IMG/VR virus record: IMGVR_UViG_3300032226_000551
Coordinates: 50,348 to 114,347 of that record
Length of the DNA stretch: 64,000 bases
Source: a virus
Lineage: Duplodnaviria > Caudoviricetes
Strand: one strand, 5' to 3'
Part shown: in pieces, positions 30,305 to 40,655 of the stretch
Layout: the number at the start of each line of letters is the position of its first letter
Position numbering within the stretch: the stretch's first letter is position 1
Position numbers and translations under genes: made by a program
The notes under the pieces: model-generated
What the model was told of the DNA's origin: nothing
The model's database searches: none
What the model saw: only the letters and a program-made list of their open reading frames with translations

Positions 30305-33205
30305 TTAAAAAATTACAATTGGTCTATATTCTTCTTGTGTTCTTTCCTCTTCTACTTCTCTTTTTGGTTCTGGTTTACTTCCCCATCTTAATAACCAACC
30401 TGCTAAATCGGATTGTTCTTGGGATAGAGTTATAGGTTCTTCTACATTAAACTTACCAACAAATGAGAATTTTACATTACTGGATGCTGTTTTTTTGTAT
30501 TGAGATACGGAACCACTTAATAATGGACTTTTCTTCAACAATTCCGAATTATCTGAGAAAGGTTTTATTTTTAGTGGTTTTCCTTGATCATCCGTGTCCA
30601 ATATTACATAATATTTCGATGCTATAGATGGTTCCAGCATGAAAATTCCCCATATTAAAGACAATACCCTGTCATCCAAGTCATCATCTTTTCTTTTGCT
30701 ATATGTGTAATTCTCATGTCTAACAAAATTACTAAGTTCCAGTAAAGTATCTAGGTCATATAGTCTAACAGCATTTAAACTGTTTACCCAATATCTGAAA
30801 TTTGTAACACCTCTATATTTTGTATTCGTGTGATTATGTATACCAAACCTATGTTCTGTATTATAGTGTTTACTGAATCCCTCAAAATGATAAGAAACCA
30901 CAGATTCATAGTTATGTGTATGACAAAGCACATCCAATACTTGTTGACCATTGTTGTTGTTCTCTACAAGTATAGGAGGACGCCCCCAATCCTCTAAAAT
31001 CCCCATTAAACGTGTTCCAAAGTGAAAAGGACTCATTGTGTTGGTTGCATATATAGCAACCTGTTTTATATTGGTTAAATCAGATAGGTCTAAAATTTGA
31101 GCAACAGTATTTGATCGACCGATACCTTCACCGACATCGACTCCAATGGCATAAAATGATTCAGGATTTGGTTCCTCGAAAATTTTATAATTTCCGTTAT
31201 CCATTACAAGTATGGGTTCTTTACATTGAGCTTTTAATTCGGCTAAAAGATTTGGATCGATTGCGGTTTTATTTGGATCATGGAATACATTGGCAAATTC
31301 TTGATCGAAATCTTCTTGAGAACCCATAGCGGATATGGTTTCTTTTTTCCATGCCTCGTCACGACCGGGCACATCCCACCAATTCACCACCTCCAAGTGC
31401 CAATCACTATTTGGTTTTTGGGATTCTTGATACAATTCATAAAATTTATTATCCGTACCATTTGGTGTACTAATAATAACCAATTGTGATTTTTTAGAAG
31501 AAGAAATAATAGGAATAGCAGACTTCCAGAGTTCATTCATCAATTCATTTGGACAATGTGCCATTTCATCAATAATAAGAAGGTTACTAGTAGATCCGCG
31601 AGGTCCAGCAGATGATGTTGTACTAATTTTGATAGAAGAATCGTTTGCTAATTGAAATCCGTCCTTTCTCCAAGATTTCACACTGGGTTTCATCCAAACA
31701 GGAAGTTGTTCAAATGCCATTTTTATTCTTTCGAATATTTCTTTTGCGGTGGATTCTTTATTTGCAACAATTGTTATTCGTTTATCTGATTGGAAACAAA
31801 CAATCCATAGTGCATAAATTGTTATGGTAGTGGTATTATGAGTTGGTATTAATGTATTTCCACAAAGATATAAAGAATCTGGACTATTAACTGTTATACA
31901 TCTAACTGGTACACTGTCTACTTTTTTTACATTTTTTATATAATGAAATTGATTTCTATTAGATTCTGATATTTTACTTATATTGTTTCTCAGTCTATCA
32001 GCCTTAAATGGAAGTTTAACAACCATTTCTCTAGGTTTAAAGTATACAGAACCAACCAATCCACACTCAACACCATTAATTTTTGCTATTTTTTCTTTAT
32101 AAAATGCTTTATATCCTAAACTTATTATGAGTTTTTGTACTTCTTTTACTAGTTTTATGTTAGTGTTGTAAAAATATGCATGACCTTTGGTGGTTATATA
32201 CCCATCAGAATCCATTAACCCCATTAACAGTTCAAGTCTTTGTTCCCTAGAAGATAAAAAATAAGATTCTGGTATGTGTTTATTTCCCAAAAGATTGTTA
32301 ATTCGTAATATAGTATGTAAAGAGTCAACTTTTCTTTTTTCATTTGTAAGATTTAAAGCAAAAACACCTCTTTTATCTTCTTGTACTTTTAAAATTTTAA
32401 ATTGTTCATTGTTCTTTAATATTCTAATAGTATCTTCTATATCTCTTTTACCTATTGTTATTCTAGATCCTTCAGTAGCACCATCTCCTAACCATAACCC
32501 AAGAACATAAGGTGTAATTGGCAATTCTTTTTTACTATATTCAATACCATTTAAACACATCGGTATTCTATGATTCGGCTCTCCGTTTGTATCAATTAAA
32601 GTATCAAATATATCCTTTGTTGTTTTTACACTTCCGTTTTTATCATATTTTCTTTTTCTATCGGTCTTGGTTTGAGTGTACCATAGATGTTCTGCGTCTG
32701 CTATTATTTCTTCCCCATTATCAAATGTAACACTATAACATTCTTTATTATATAAAACATCATGTGCCTTTTTTACATTATAAATTTTACCATCTAAACC
32801 ATATATATTATCACCATCTTTTAAATCTCCCATATTAACAAAACCTTTAGGAGTTGGTATAGGTGTATCTAAAGCCAACGCTTTTCCGCTTTGGCGAGAA
32901 CTTAATACGATATTGAACCTTTCATTCTTAAATGCTTTTAAAAGTCTTTTTTGATATTTGTATAATTCTATTTTCTTTTTACCTTCGTCCAAAGTTGTTA
33001 TGTAAAAATATTGTTCTGCAAAATGTAATATGCTTTTATTACACAATTTCAATTCTTCGATCATGGACTCTGTCCATTTGAATTGAGAATTTCCTCTTAA
33101 AAGATTTTCATTTCCTTTATAGAAAGAACCGTCTACAATAATATCCTCTGGATCTATATCATCGACGTTTTGCTCTAACTCTTCATTCTTTTTTCTTCTT
33201 CCCAT
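30305..33205 (-). CDS. terL: Terminase large subunit (T4 gp17-like), intein-containing
   Basis: LYKYQ, Walker A SRQSGK/TTT interrupted by an intein, LIIDEMAH, ISTPNG, FDQEF, GVDVGEG, VENN, DDRV. Confidence 0.95.
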   Translation of the reverse strand: MGRRKKNEELEQNVDDIDPEDIIVDGSFYKGNENLLRGNSQFKWTESMIEELKLCNKSILHFAEQYFYITTLDEGKKKIELYKYQKRLLKAFKNERFNIVLSSRQSGKALALDTPIPTPKGFVNMGDLKDGDNIYGLDGKIYNVKKAHDVLYNKECYSVTFDNGEEIIADAEHLWYTQTKTDRKRKYDKNGSVKTTKDIFDTLIDTNGEPNHRIPMCLNGIEYSKKELPITPYVLGLWLGDGATEGSRITIGKRDIEDTIRILKNNEQFKILKVQEDKRGVFALNLTNEKRKVDSLHTILRINNLLGNKHIPESYFLSSREQRLELLMGLMDSDGYITTKGHAYFYNTNIKLVKEVQKLIISLGYKAFYKEKIAKINGVECGLVGSVYFKPREMVVKLPFKADRLRNNISKISESNRNQFHYIKNVKKVDSVPVRCITVNSPDSLYLCGNTLIPTHNTTTITIYALWIVCFQSDKRITIVANKESTAKEIFERIKMAFEQLPVWMKPSVKSWRKDGFQLANDSSIKISTTSSAGPRGSTSNLLIIDEMAHCPNELMNELWKSAIPIISSSKKSQLVIISTPNGTDNKFYELYQESQKPNSDWHLEVVNWWDVPGRDEAWKKETISAMGSQEDFDQEFANVFHDPNKTAIDPNLLAELKAQCKEPILVMDNGNYKIFEEPNPESFYAIGVDVGEGIGRSNTVAQILDLSDLTNIKQVAIYATNTMSPFHFGTRLMGILEDWGRPPILVENNNNGQQVLDVLCHTHNYESVVSYHFEGFSKHYNTEHRFGIHNHTNTKYRGVTNFRYWVNSLNAVRLYDLDTLLELSNFVRHENYTYSKRKDDDLDDRVLSLIWGIFMLEPSIASKYYVILDTDDQGKPLKIKPFSDNSELLKKSPLLSGSVSQYKKTASSNVKFSFVGKFNVEEPITLSQEQSDLAGWLLRWGSKPEPKREVEEERTQEEYRPIVIF
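31835..32881 (-). mobile_element. Class 3 (Ala-initiated, WCT) intein with LAGLIDADG endonuclease, 349 aa, in the TerL Walker A
   Basis: Starts ALALDTPIPTP; block B DAEHLW; block F VRCITV; ends PTHN/T; LGLWLGDG and LMGLMDSDG. Confidence 0.9.
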
Positions 33206-33229
33206 ATACAATAAATACTTATGTAAATA

Positions 33230-33613
33230 ATGAAAAAATTAAACTTCGAAGATTGTTTTAGTAAGACTAAAATAAATAAAAATTATGATTATGTCTTTGA
33301 TTATAAAACAAATTGGAAATTTTATAAGTTAAATTTAAATAAAAAAGACAGTTTATGGTATAAATTACAAAAAAAAATAGATAGTATTTGCGATGATAGC
33401 GAAATAACAACAGAAGATATTGAAAAATTTTTAGATGAAAATCCAGATATTGAATTCGAATTTGAATTTTTTAATGAAATGATGCCTCATATATTCTTTT
33501 TTAAAACTGAAGGTAGAATATATTGTTATTCTTGTGATATAGTAGAATCAGAAAATAAAAATTTAACACACACTATGGCTAGATTTTATTTTGATATAGA
33601 AAAATTTTATTAA
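33230..33613 (+). CDS. Hypothetical protein
   Basis: 127 aa ORF divergent from terL. Confidence 0.55.
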   Translation: MKKLNFEDCFSKTKINKNYDYVFDYKTNWKFYKLNLNKKDSLWYKLQKKIDSICDDSEITTEDIEKFLDENPDIEFEFEFFNEMMPHIFFFKTEGRIYCYSCDIVESENKNLTHTMARFYFDIEKFY

Positions 33614-33972
33614 TTTTTAATCTGCTTTTTAATTTCGTTTATTATGATATAAACATATTCAGATTTTAAATATTTTATCTTTGTTCCTGCTTCTGGCATC
33701 TTTATAGGATTTATTATTTGGTTATATGAACACAGCAACCACCATAAATCCATATTACCATATATTTTATATGATATGGAAACCCATGTGTCATTATAAT
33801 CTACAACATATGTTCCTTCTATTTGTGTATTATCAGCAGGAAATATATTAATGTTTCTTAAAAGATTATAATATCTCATATCACTTTCTTCATCATTATA
33901 AATATTGAAAAAATTTTCATATCTATATACCGAAAGTTTTGGTAAATCGTTTATGTTATTTTGTGTTTCCAT
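33610..33972 (-). CDS. Baseplate wedge protein (gp53/LysM-like)
   Basis: DTWVSISYKIYGNMDLWWLLCSYNQIINP. Confidence 0.75.
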   Translation of the reverse strand: METQNNINDLPKLSVYRYENFFNIYNDEESDMRYYNLLRNINIFPADNTQIEGTYVVDYNDTWVSISYKIYGNMDLWWLLCSYNQIINPIKMPEAGTKIKYLKSEYVYIIINEIKKQIKN

Positions 33973-33981
33973 TATTAATGA

Positions 33982-35010
33982 TTATTGTTGTGGTGTAGCA
34001 CCAGCATTTGTAGCAACTGTTGTAGCAGCTTGTTTAAGCAAATCTGCACCTTCTCCTATTGCTCTTTTTGCTGCATTAAATCCTGCCTCTAAATTTTCTG
34101 TTACTACATTTTTAATACTTCCAATAACATTTACCGAATTTTCTCCAATAGCTCCAGCAAATATATTTGAACTAGTTGCTACCAATTGAGTTATTGTTAT
34201 TGATACTTTATATGCTTCTGGTATTAATAATGTAGTATTTCCAAATTCTGATAGTTCTCTAGTAGTTCCAATACTCTCTATGTCCAAACTTGAAATATAT
34301 GCTGCTGGCCAATCCAAACCACCTAAACAATTTTGTGTTTTTACTTTATATATTTTTGGTGGAATATAAGTCAAAAATGTATTTCGAGTTTTTAAATTTT
34401 GAAAAGTTAATAAAGAAACTAGCATATAGTTATCATATGCTTCTTTTAAAGTTACTGTATTATATAAAGGAAACGTAACGGTTAAAGATTCTGCCAGAGT
34501 TCCTGTAAATGTTTGAGCTTCTTCAAATCCCATGTCTCCCATAAAACCAACTGCTAATGATAAACCTACTCCTAAAGCTGTTCCCACATTATTTTGAGGG
34601 GTTTTTCCATTTCCTTTTAAAATTTCTTCTAATGAAAAATTAGTTTTTCCCCAACTGTTTCTTATACTTCTTATTTTATCTCCACTTTTTATTAAAAGTG
34701 GTAAGTTATACTCAAATCCTGTTGGATTTCCATTATATAATATGGAATATGGATCTAGTTCACCATCCCTAAAGGTAGCAACTGCTGTATTAGCAATTCG
34801 GGCTAACATTTGTGTCCATACACCAAATTCTAATTCATATTCTTTTAAAGCAACAGAAGGAACCTCTTCGGTACTACCTGAATTTTTCCATCTAAAACCA
34901 TCTACAACATTTATTCTTCCACTACCAGTTGGAACAGCCTGTAAAGGACTCTTAGATATATTAATATATGGGATTTCTATAGGAAATGGTTTTGATTCTA
35001 AACGAAACAT
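33982..35010 (-). CDS. Putative baseplate/tail-tube initiator protein
   Basis: VTFPLYNT, YIPPKIY, AYISSLDI, IPEAYKVSITI; lies between tape-measure-like and gp53-like genes. Confidence 0.45.
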   Translation of the reverse strand: MFRLESKPFPIEIPYINISKSPLQAVPTGSGRINVVDGFRWKNSGSTEEVPSVALKEYELEFGVWTQMLARIANTAVATFRDGELDPYSILYNGNPTGFEYNLPLLIKSGDKIRSIRNSWGKTNFSLEEILKGNGKTPQNNVGTALGVGLSLAVGFMGDMGFEEAQTFTGTLAESLTVTFPLYNTVTLKEAYDNYMLVSLLTFQNLKTRNTFLTYIPPKIYKVKTQNCLGGLDWPAAYISSLDIESIGTTRELSEFGNTTLLIPEAYKVSITITQLVATSSNIFAGAIGENSVNVIGSIKNVVTENLEAGFNAAKRAIGEGADLLKQAATTVATNAGATPQQ

Positions 35011-35021
35011 ATATATACTTA

Positions 35022-37325
35022 TTAAGCAAACTCTCCTTGTATCGACCTTCTAAAGTTATAGATAGAATCTGGTCTAGTTCCACTTAAAATAACATCCATC
35101 ATATTAGATCTTTCCCCTGAATTGTTTGACACTACTACAGGTGATGACTCGGTATTTATATTTTCTAATTTTTCTGGTATTTTATAAATTCCTTTGTTTA
35201 TAGATTTTGCCAATTCGGTTAATTCCTTTAATGCTCTATCAAATACTTCATCGGTTTTATATGCCAATATATTATCACCTTGATCCAACACATTTGCTGT
35301 GTTTGTTTTATTATCAAATAATATAGAATTTGATTGTGTGCTTGTCATTAAATTTCTAAATGAAAAGTCTTGTTGTTTTTTTTCTTGAACGCTTTGATCT
35401 ACTTGTAAATTTAATAATTGATTTTTTCTTTCTCTGATTGATTTTAATGTTGTTTCCTGAACATCTAATTGTTGTTTCAGTTCTCTTTCAGTATGACTAG
35501 TTCCTTGCCAGTTTGCTCTATCAAGCATAGCTTCGGATACTCTTTCATCTCTTGATTTATCATGAATAAATGGTATAGATGGACCTATTCTATTTTTTAT
35601 TTCTGCTTCTAATTGTTCTTTTAATTGTTGTACTTTATTTACTTGATCATCTATTAGTTTCTGTGTATTATCTAATTGTTCTTGACTAAATTTTGATACG
35701 GGTTTTTCTGTTACATTTTTTAAATGTTTTCTAGCACGTATTTGTTCTGGTGATAACGCTTCTCCATTTTCTCCTACTAGATAATCTTCATCAATTTCTA
35801 AATTTCCGGTGTTATCATCATATTTAACTCCTAACCATGCCGCTACTGCACCTCTAAGACCACCTATTTTTGGTATAAAACTACACATCCATCTAAACAT
35901 ACTTTTTCTAATTTCATCACTAAATGTATCCCATGAAAAATTTTCATTTCCTTCTGTTCCAAATAAATTTGAATTAACAAGAGCTTGTAATATAGCTGGA
36001 AAAGGTCCAAGGAAAGGCGTTTCAGTTAAATAATTCAAAGCACCTTTCCAATTTCCCTTACCCAATTCCCAAAAACCTCTTCCCCATTTAATAAGACCAC
36101 CAACAATAGGAATTTCTTGAATATATTCAACTATCTTATTAACATAATCCATTTTTATAGCTTGCTTTTCTTCCATTGTATTTGCTCCACCCGCTTTATA
36201 ATCTAAAAATGCATTCAAAGCCGATGCACCAATAGATAAAGGTAGTGCCAAAGGTGCAAGTGGTGTAAATACCAATAGATTTGAAATACCACCAACAAGT
36301 TCAATTATACCTGCTATAGTATCATCGTTTTTAAAACGATCCCATGCATTATAAAAACTTATTAAGCTACCAATAATAGGAATAGATTTAAAAGCAACTG
36401 CACCAACTCCTTTAAACAAACCACCAGCTATCCTTGGTATTAGTGTTTTCCAAGCTGCTGGAGCGGCGGTAGCACCAGCTTTTACTACATCATCACCAAA
36501 TCCAAGTTTAAAAATAGCTTTTAATCCACCTTCTAATATATCACCAAATGTTGTAAATGCTTTTCCTACTAAATTAAAAAACCATCCACTTGTTATTTTG
36601 AGTCCACCCATAGTAAAAAATTTTCCAATACCTTCTACTACTCCTTCAAATTTATCAAAAACATCAAGATTTAAATTTAATTTAGATTCTAACCAAGGTT
36701 TGATATGTTTATCCCAAAATGCAGATATTAATAATGCACCAACACCACCAGCTAATAACAATGCACCCAATGTTCCTAGTAATCCACCTCCATCTCCACT
36801 ACTTTCTTCTTGTGATACTCTATTACCCGATCTTTTTAAATTTTCGGCGTTTATTCCACTCAAAACTCCACCTAATTTATCTACAGTTTCATCTGATAGT
36901 GAAACAGTTGGTGTTTTTTCGGTTAATGTTTGCTGTTCCGATAAAGAATTTCTAGTAGAAATTGAATTATTACTATCTAATTTTAAATTTAAATCCAATT
37001 TATCTAAATTCTTTTTAAGAATTTCTTCGGATTTCTTTTTATACTCATCTCTTAGTTCTTTTAATCCTAATGGATCATTAATATGATTTAAAACATCCTT
37101 ACTAGATGTTGGATCATCTATTTTTTTTCCTATTTTGGAATAATAATCTTTTGCTTTATTGAATGTTGGTGTTACATACCTATCTTTAAAGTCTTTTTTT
37201 AAATTTTGTAAAAAATCTATACCAGTTTCATCAGAAGTTAATAATAATTTTATTACTTCTGTCGAATCTACTTCATTAGCTACGAACTTTGATAATACAT
37301 CATCAATAGAAACTGTATTTGTCAT
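35022..37325 (-). CDS. Tape-measure-like protein
   Basis: 767 aa with Gly/Ala-rich amphipathic segments (IPIIGSLI, IPIVGGLI) and coiled coil, downstream of the tube and hub-assembly genes. Confidence 0.55.
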   Translation of the reverse strand: MTNTVSIDDVLSKFVANEVDSTEVIKLLLTSDETGIDFLQNLKKDFKDRYVTPTFNKAKDYYSKIGKKIDDPTSSKDVLNHINDPLGLKELRDEYKKKSEEILKKNLDKLDLNLKLDSNNSISTRNSLSEQQTLTEKTPTVSLSDETVDKLGGVLSGINAENLKRSGNRVSQEESSGDGGGLLGTLGALLLAGGVGALLISAFWDKHIKPWLESKLNLNLDVFDKFEGVVEGIGKFFTMGGLKITSGWFFNLVGKAFTTFGDILEGGLKAIFKLGFGDDVVKAGATAAPAAWKTLIPRIAGGLFKGVGAVAFKSIPIIGSLISFYNAWDRFKNDDTIAGIIELVGGISNLLVFTPLAPLALPLSIGASALNAFLDYKAGGANTMEEKQAIKMDYVNKIVEYIQEIPIVGGLIKWGRGFWELGKGNWKGALNYLTETPFLGPFPAILQALVNSNLFGTEGNENFSWDTFSDEIRKSMFRWMCSFIPKIGGLRGAVAAWLGVKYDDNTGNLEIDEDYLVGENGEALSPEQIRARKHLKNVTEKPVSKFSQEQLDNTQKLIDDQVNKVQQLKEQLEAEIKNRIGPSIPFIHDKSRDERVSEAMLDRANWQGTSHTERELKQQLDVQETTLKSIRERKNQLLNLQVDQSVQEKKQQDFSFRNLMTSTQSNSILFDNKTNTANVLDQGDNILAYKTDEVFDRALKELTELAKSINKGIYKIPEKLENINTESSPVVVSNNSGERSNMMDVILSGTRPDSIYNFRRSIQGEFA

Positions 37326-37353
37326 ATACTAATACTTAGATTAATATATGTTT

Positions 37354-38184
37354 TTAATTCAAAAATAGTACACTATCAATATTTAAAATCTTTGTATATG
37401 TCTTACCTTCTTCTACCGTGGAAATAGTTAAAACAGAATCAATTTCACTTTTCCATTTTGAAACAACCGACAATATTTTTTGTAAAATCCCACTTGGAAG
37501 TTTTTCAACCAATTTAATCTTTTTTAAGAAATCAACATTCTCAAAATTTAGATTATTATCGTTAATATAAATGTTTTTGATGTATTTTGTGGTTTCTCCT
37601 ATGAATGCTTCTGATACAATTCGTTGTATCTCGTCATTATCCTTAATATCATCAACCTTTTTTTCCTTTTTATGAATTTGTTCTTCGTATTGCAACTCTT
37701 TTTCAATAGTAGGGACCGTTAATTCTAACTTTATTCTAAAATTTTGATTATCAACCTCTAAAATTTCATCTTTTGGTGTTTCAAACGTCTTAAACTTTTC
37801 AATTATTGGTTTTAGACTGATTTTTTTAACGATATTGTTCTTTTCATCGAATGTAACAGATGTTTCTTCGGAAATTTTATCTTTTAATGAGATCGCAATA
37901 GCAAATTTATCAAAAACAGTAAAATCATTCAATTCTTTTACGTTTTCTTTGTCTAAAAAGTTAGAATTTAGTATATTATACAAGTTTTTTACAAAATTTG
38001 TGTTGTAAATAGAAGAATTCATCGCAGAACTGAGCATATTCTTCTGTTGTTTTGCATCAATTTCTTTAAATGTGTATTCCTTTTTCTTAGATGGTATCCA
38101 AACACTTACATTAAATGTCTGTGAAACACTATCTAATGCTCTTAAAGCATCTTCAAAGTTTAAAATATTATTATCTTCTTCCAT
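37354..38184 (-). CDS. Baseplate hub assembly protein (gp26-like)
   Basis: VWIPSKKKEYTFKEIDAKQQK, LTVPTIEKE, LVEKLP. Confidence 0.55.
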   Translation of the reverse strand: MEEDNNILNFEDALRALDSVSQTFNVSVWIPSKKKEYTFKEIDAKQQKNMLSSAMNSSIYNTNFVKNLYNILNSNFLDKENVKELNDFTVFDKFAIAISLKDKISEETSVTFDEKNNIVKKISLKPIIEKFKTFETPKDEILEVDNQNFRIKLELTVPTIEKELQYEEQIHKKEKKVDDIKDNDEIQRIVSEAFIGETTKYIKNIYINDNNLNFENVDFLKKIKLVEKLPSGILQKILSVVSKWKSEIDSVLTISTVEEGKTYTKILNIDSVLFLN

Positions 38185-38189
38185 ATACA

Positions 38190-39182
38190 CTAATTAGGGG
38201 GAATGTCACCAAATTCAACAGCTAAATCTTCAACAGATCTTCCTTTTTTCATGTTTTCCATGTCATTTTCTATCACATCAGTATTATCTTGCTTACTTTT
38301 TTGCTGTTGTTTGATAAATGATATGTAAATACTTCTTTCTGATGGTGATAATTTCATAACATAATCAGAATTAACATGAAAATTTGATAAAATATAAATC
38401 TCTTCGTATATATTTTTTGCATTTTGTGAAAACAATACTCTTAAAAGATCAATAAAAAACAAATTGTAAAAGTTTATTTTTTGATCTTTAAACATTTCGA
38501 TATTAAATATGTCATTTGAACCAATTTTAGTAATGCAATCTATTATTATTTTCTCGGTTTTGTCTTTTAAAGACACCGGAAATGATTCATATGCTTTTAA
38601 TTTTTGTTCATACGAATAACCATCAAAATTTATTACTTCGTTTTTTATTTTTATATTTTTTATAAAATATGGCAAAGAATCTAAAACTTTTTGTCCGATT
38701 TCTTTATCACTTATCATATTTTCGTAGAAAAATTTAACCGAAGATATTTCTGGATAACCTATTGCTATTAGCATATCTCTTTTTTCATCATAAACATAAC
38801 AATTTTCCAATGCGTTTATAGATAAATTTAATAAATTTTCCATCAATTCCGTTAAATCTATTTTGATTTTCATGTTTTGAACATCTTCTCTATCAGATTT
38901 AATATTAAATTCTATATCATTACCAATGCTAATAATTCTTAATTTTATACAAAACAAAACATATTCAATTATATTTAAATTATCAAAATCTTCTTTGTTT
39001 TCGACACATTCTTTTATAATTTTTATAAAATTTTCATGATAATCTAAATAAAAATCAGGAGTTTGTGGATAGTATATATTTATTTTTTGTATATTTAATT
39101 GATTTACGGTATCGAGTTCTTTAAAGCTTAAAATTTTGTCGGAAAAAGGAAAATCTGCTCTATATAAAAACATATTAGACAT
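38190..39182 (-). CDS. Baseplate hub assembly protein (gp26/gp51-like)
   Basis: IKLRIISIG, IGYPEI, C-terminal VMKLSPSERSIYI. Confidence 0.55.
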   Translation of the reverse strand: MSNMFLYRADFPFSDKILSFKELDTVNQLNIQKINIYYPQTPDFYLDYHENFIKIIKECVENKEDFDNLNIIEYVLFCIKLRIISIGNDIEFNIKSDREDVQNMKIKIDLTELMENLLNLSINALENCYVYDEKRDMLIAIGYPEISSVKFFYENMISDKEIGQKVLDSLPYFIKNIKIKNEVINFDGYSYEQKLKAYESFPVSLKDKTEKIIIDCITKIGSNDIFNIEMFKDQKINFYNLFFIDLLRVLFSQNAKNIYEEIYILSNFHVNSDYVMKLSPSERSIYISFIKQQQKSKQDNTDVIENDMENMKKGRSVEDLAVEFGDIPPN

Positions 39183-39217
39183 GAATATAATTAACCAATA
39201 ATGAAAAAATGCAAATT

Positions 39218-40030
39218 TTAAATATTGAAATCAACTTCCTTATATTCATTTCTTCTATTGTTTTTGTTTATATCTAGTCCAGTAAAGTTTTTAAATATAG
39301 AATTATCGGTAACAATCATTCTTGATGTATCAACCTCTTGAACAAAGTAACCATCATATGCAAATGTAACATTACTGTATTTTAAACCATCTTGTGCATA
39401 AGAATATTCTTCACTATCTATAGATATTGGTGCTAGATTATAAAATCTATATAATTTTCTTATTAACATTGGTCTTTTTGTTCCAGATTTTGCCAACATT
39501 ACAACATCAGCAAATCTACATTTAACCGATTTAGGAGAATCTACCGCTCTTGCAACTAATCCATTATATCCTACTAAAATAACCCATGGTCTTATCACTA
39601 AATCCAAAAATGATGCATTGGTTTCTAGAAACGTAACATTAAAAGTGTTATATTTTTGTCTATTTGATGCGGTTGCTGGTGCTTGAAAACCACCATAATC
39701 CAATCCATTATTACCAGCATCTATTTTTTCTGATGGAAGAGTTACTTGTTTTGCAAAAACACATCCGGTTAATGTTTGATCGGAGTATTGTAAACTACCA
39801 TCTAATAAATGACCTACTGTTGAGTCTGAAATAGACCATCCATTTCTACCAAAACTAGATTCTCTATTCCTAAGTTCGTATGATATTGTGCTATTTAATG
39901 CATTTACCGAACTAAAATCAAAATATACAAACCATTGACTAGCTAATGCTATATTGGTTGACCATTTTCCTAATAAACTTAAATAATAAGAATATGGACT
40001 GTTTTCTTGATTAAAATATGATAGAGGCAT
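39218..40030 (-). CDS. Tail tube-like baseplate protein (gp54/gp48-like)
   Basis: KQVTLPSE, VTFLET, YRFYNLAPISI, NVTFAYD. Confidence 0.55.
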   Translation of the reverse strand: MPLSYFNQENSPYSYYLSLLGKWSTNIALASQWFVYFDFSSVNALNSTISYELRNRESSFGRNGWSISDSTVGHLLDGSLQYSDQTLTGCVFAKQVTLPSEKIDAGNNGLDYGGFQAPATASNRQKYNTFNVTFLETNASFLDLVIRPWVILVGYNGLVARAVDSPKSVKCRFADVVMLAKSGTKRPMLIRKLYRFYNLAPISIDSEEYSYAQDGLKYSNVTFAYDGYFVQEVDTSRMIVTDNSIFKNFTGLDINKNNRRNEYKEVDFNI

Positions 40031-40059
40031 ATATTATATTTATGCCTCTATCTTTATTA

Positions 40060-40638
40060 TTAATTAGAAACTGGGGACAATCTCCAATATTGATATGCTA
40101 GAGTTACTTGCTGTTTCATTATTTCACCAGCAGTTGTGATATCAAGATTAACATCGCCAACATTTTGACAATATACACCATAAAATGTATATTCTCTTAA
40201 AGCCTGACCACCTTTATCGATTAAAACCATCGTCATTTGATTGGCAGAACTGTTATTTGGAATACTATAATCACCAGAACTATCAATATCATTGAAAATT
40301 TCTCTAGACCATTGTTCAAATTTTCTTCTTACGGATAAACCTTGTGGGATTCTGAAGGTTAAGTTGAATGCACCACTGTTGTTGTAGGTTGCCGTACCGG
40401 GTACGTTGAATACCAATCCCATAAATGGAACCTGAATGTTGGTAATCGACCTACCGGGTAGCGTTGTGGACTCCACATACAACAATTCATCGGTTTCAAA
40501 TCTAGTTCCACCCAATTGTGTAATTCTAAATAAATTTGTTCTTGCAAAATCGTTTTTAGAAGCTGCACTATAAAAATTTTCTATTCCATATTTGTCCAAA
40601 TATTTTGAACTTCTTTTAGTATATTCTGGTATATTCAT
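40060..40638 (-). CDS. Tail tube protein (T4 gp19-like)
   Basis: ARTNLFR, TTLPG, VPFMG, FEQW, REYTFYG, VTLAYQYW; follows the sheath gene. Confidence 0.85.
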   Translation of the reverse strand: MNIPEYTKRSSKYLDKYGIENFYSAASKNDFARTNLFRITQLGGTRFETDELLYVESTTLPGRSITNIQVPFMGLVFNVPGTATYNNSGAFNLTFRIPQGLSVRRKFEQWSREIFNDIDSSGDYSIPNNSSANQMTMVLIDKGGQALREYTFYGVYCQNVGDVNLDITTAGEIMKQQVTLAYQYWRLSPVSN

Positions 40639-40655
40639 AATTTTAAATATTTATC

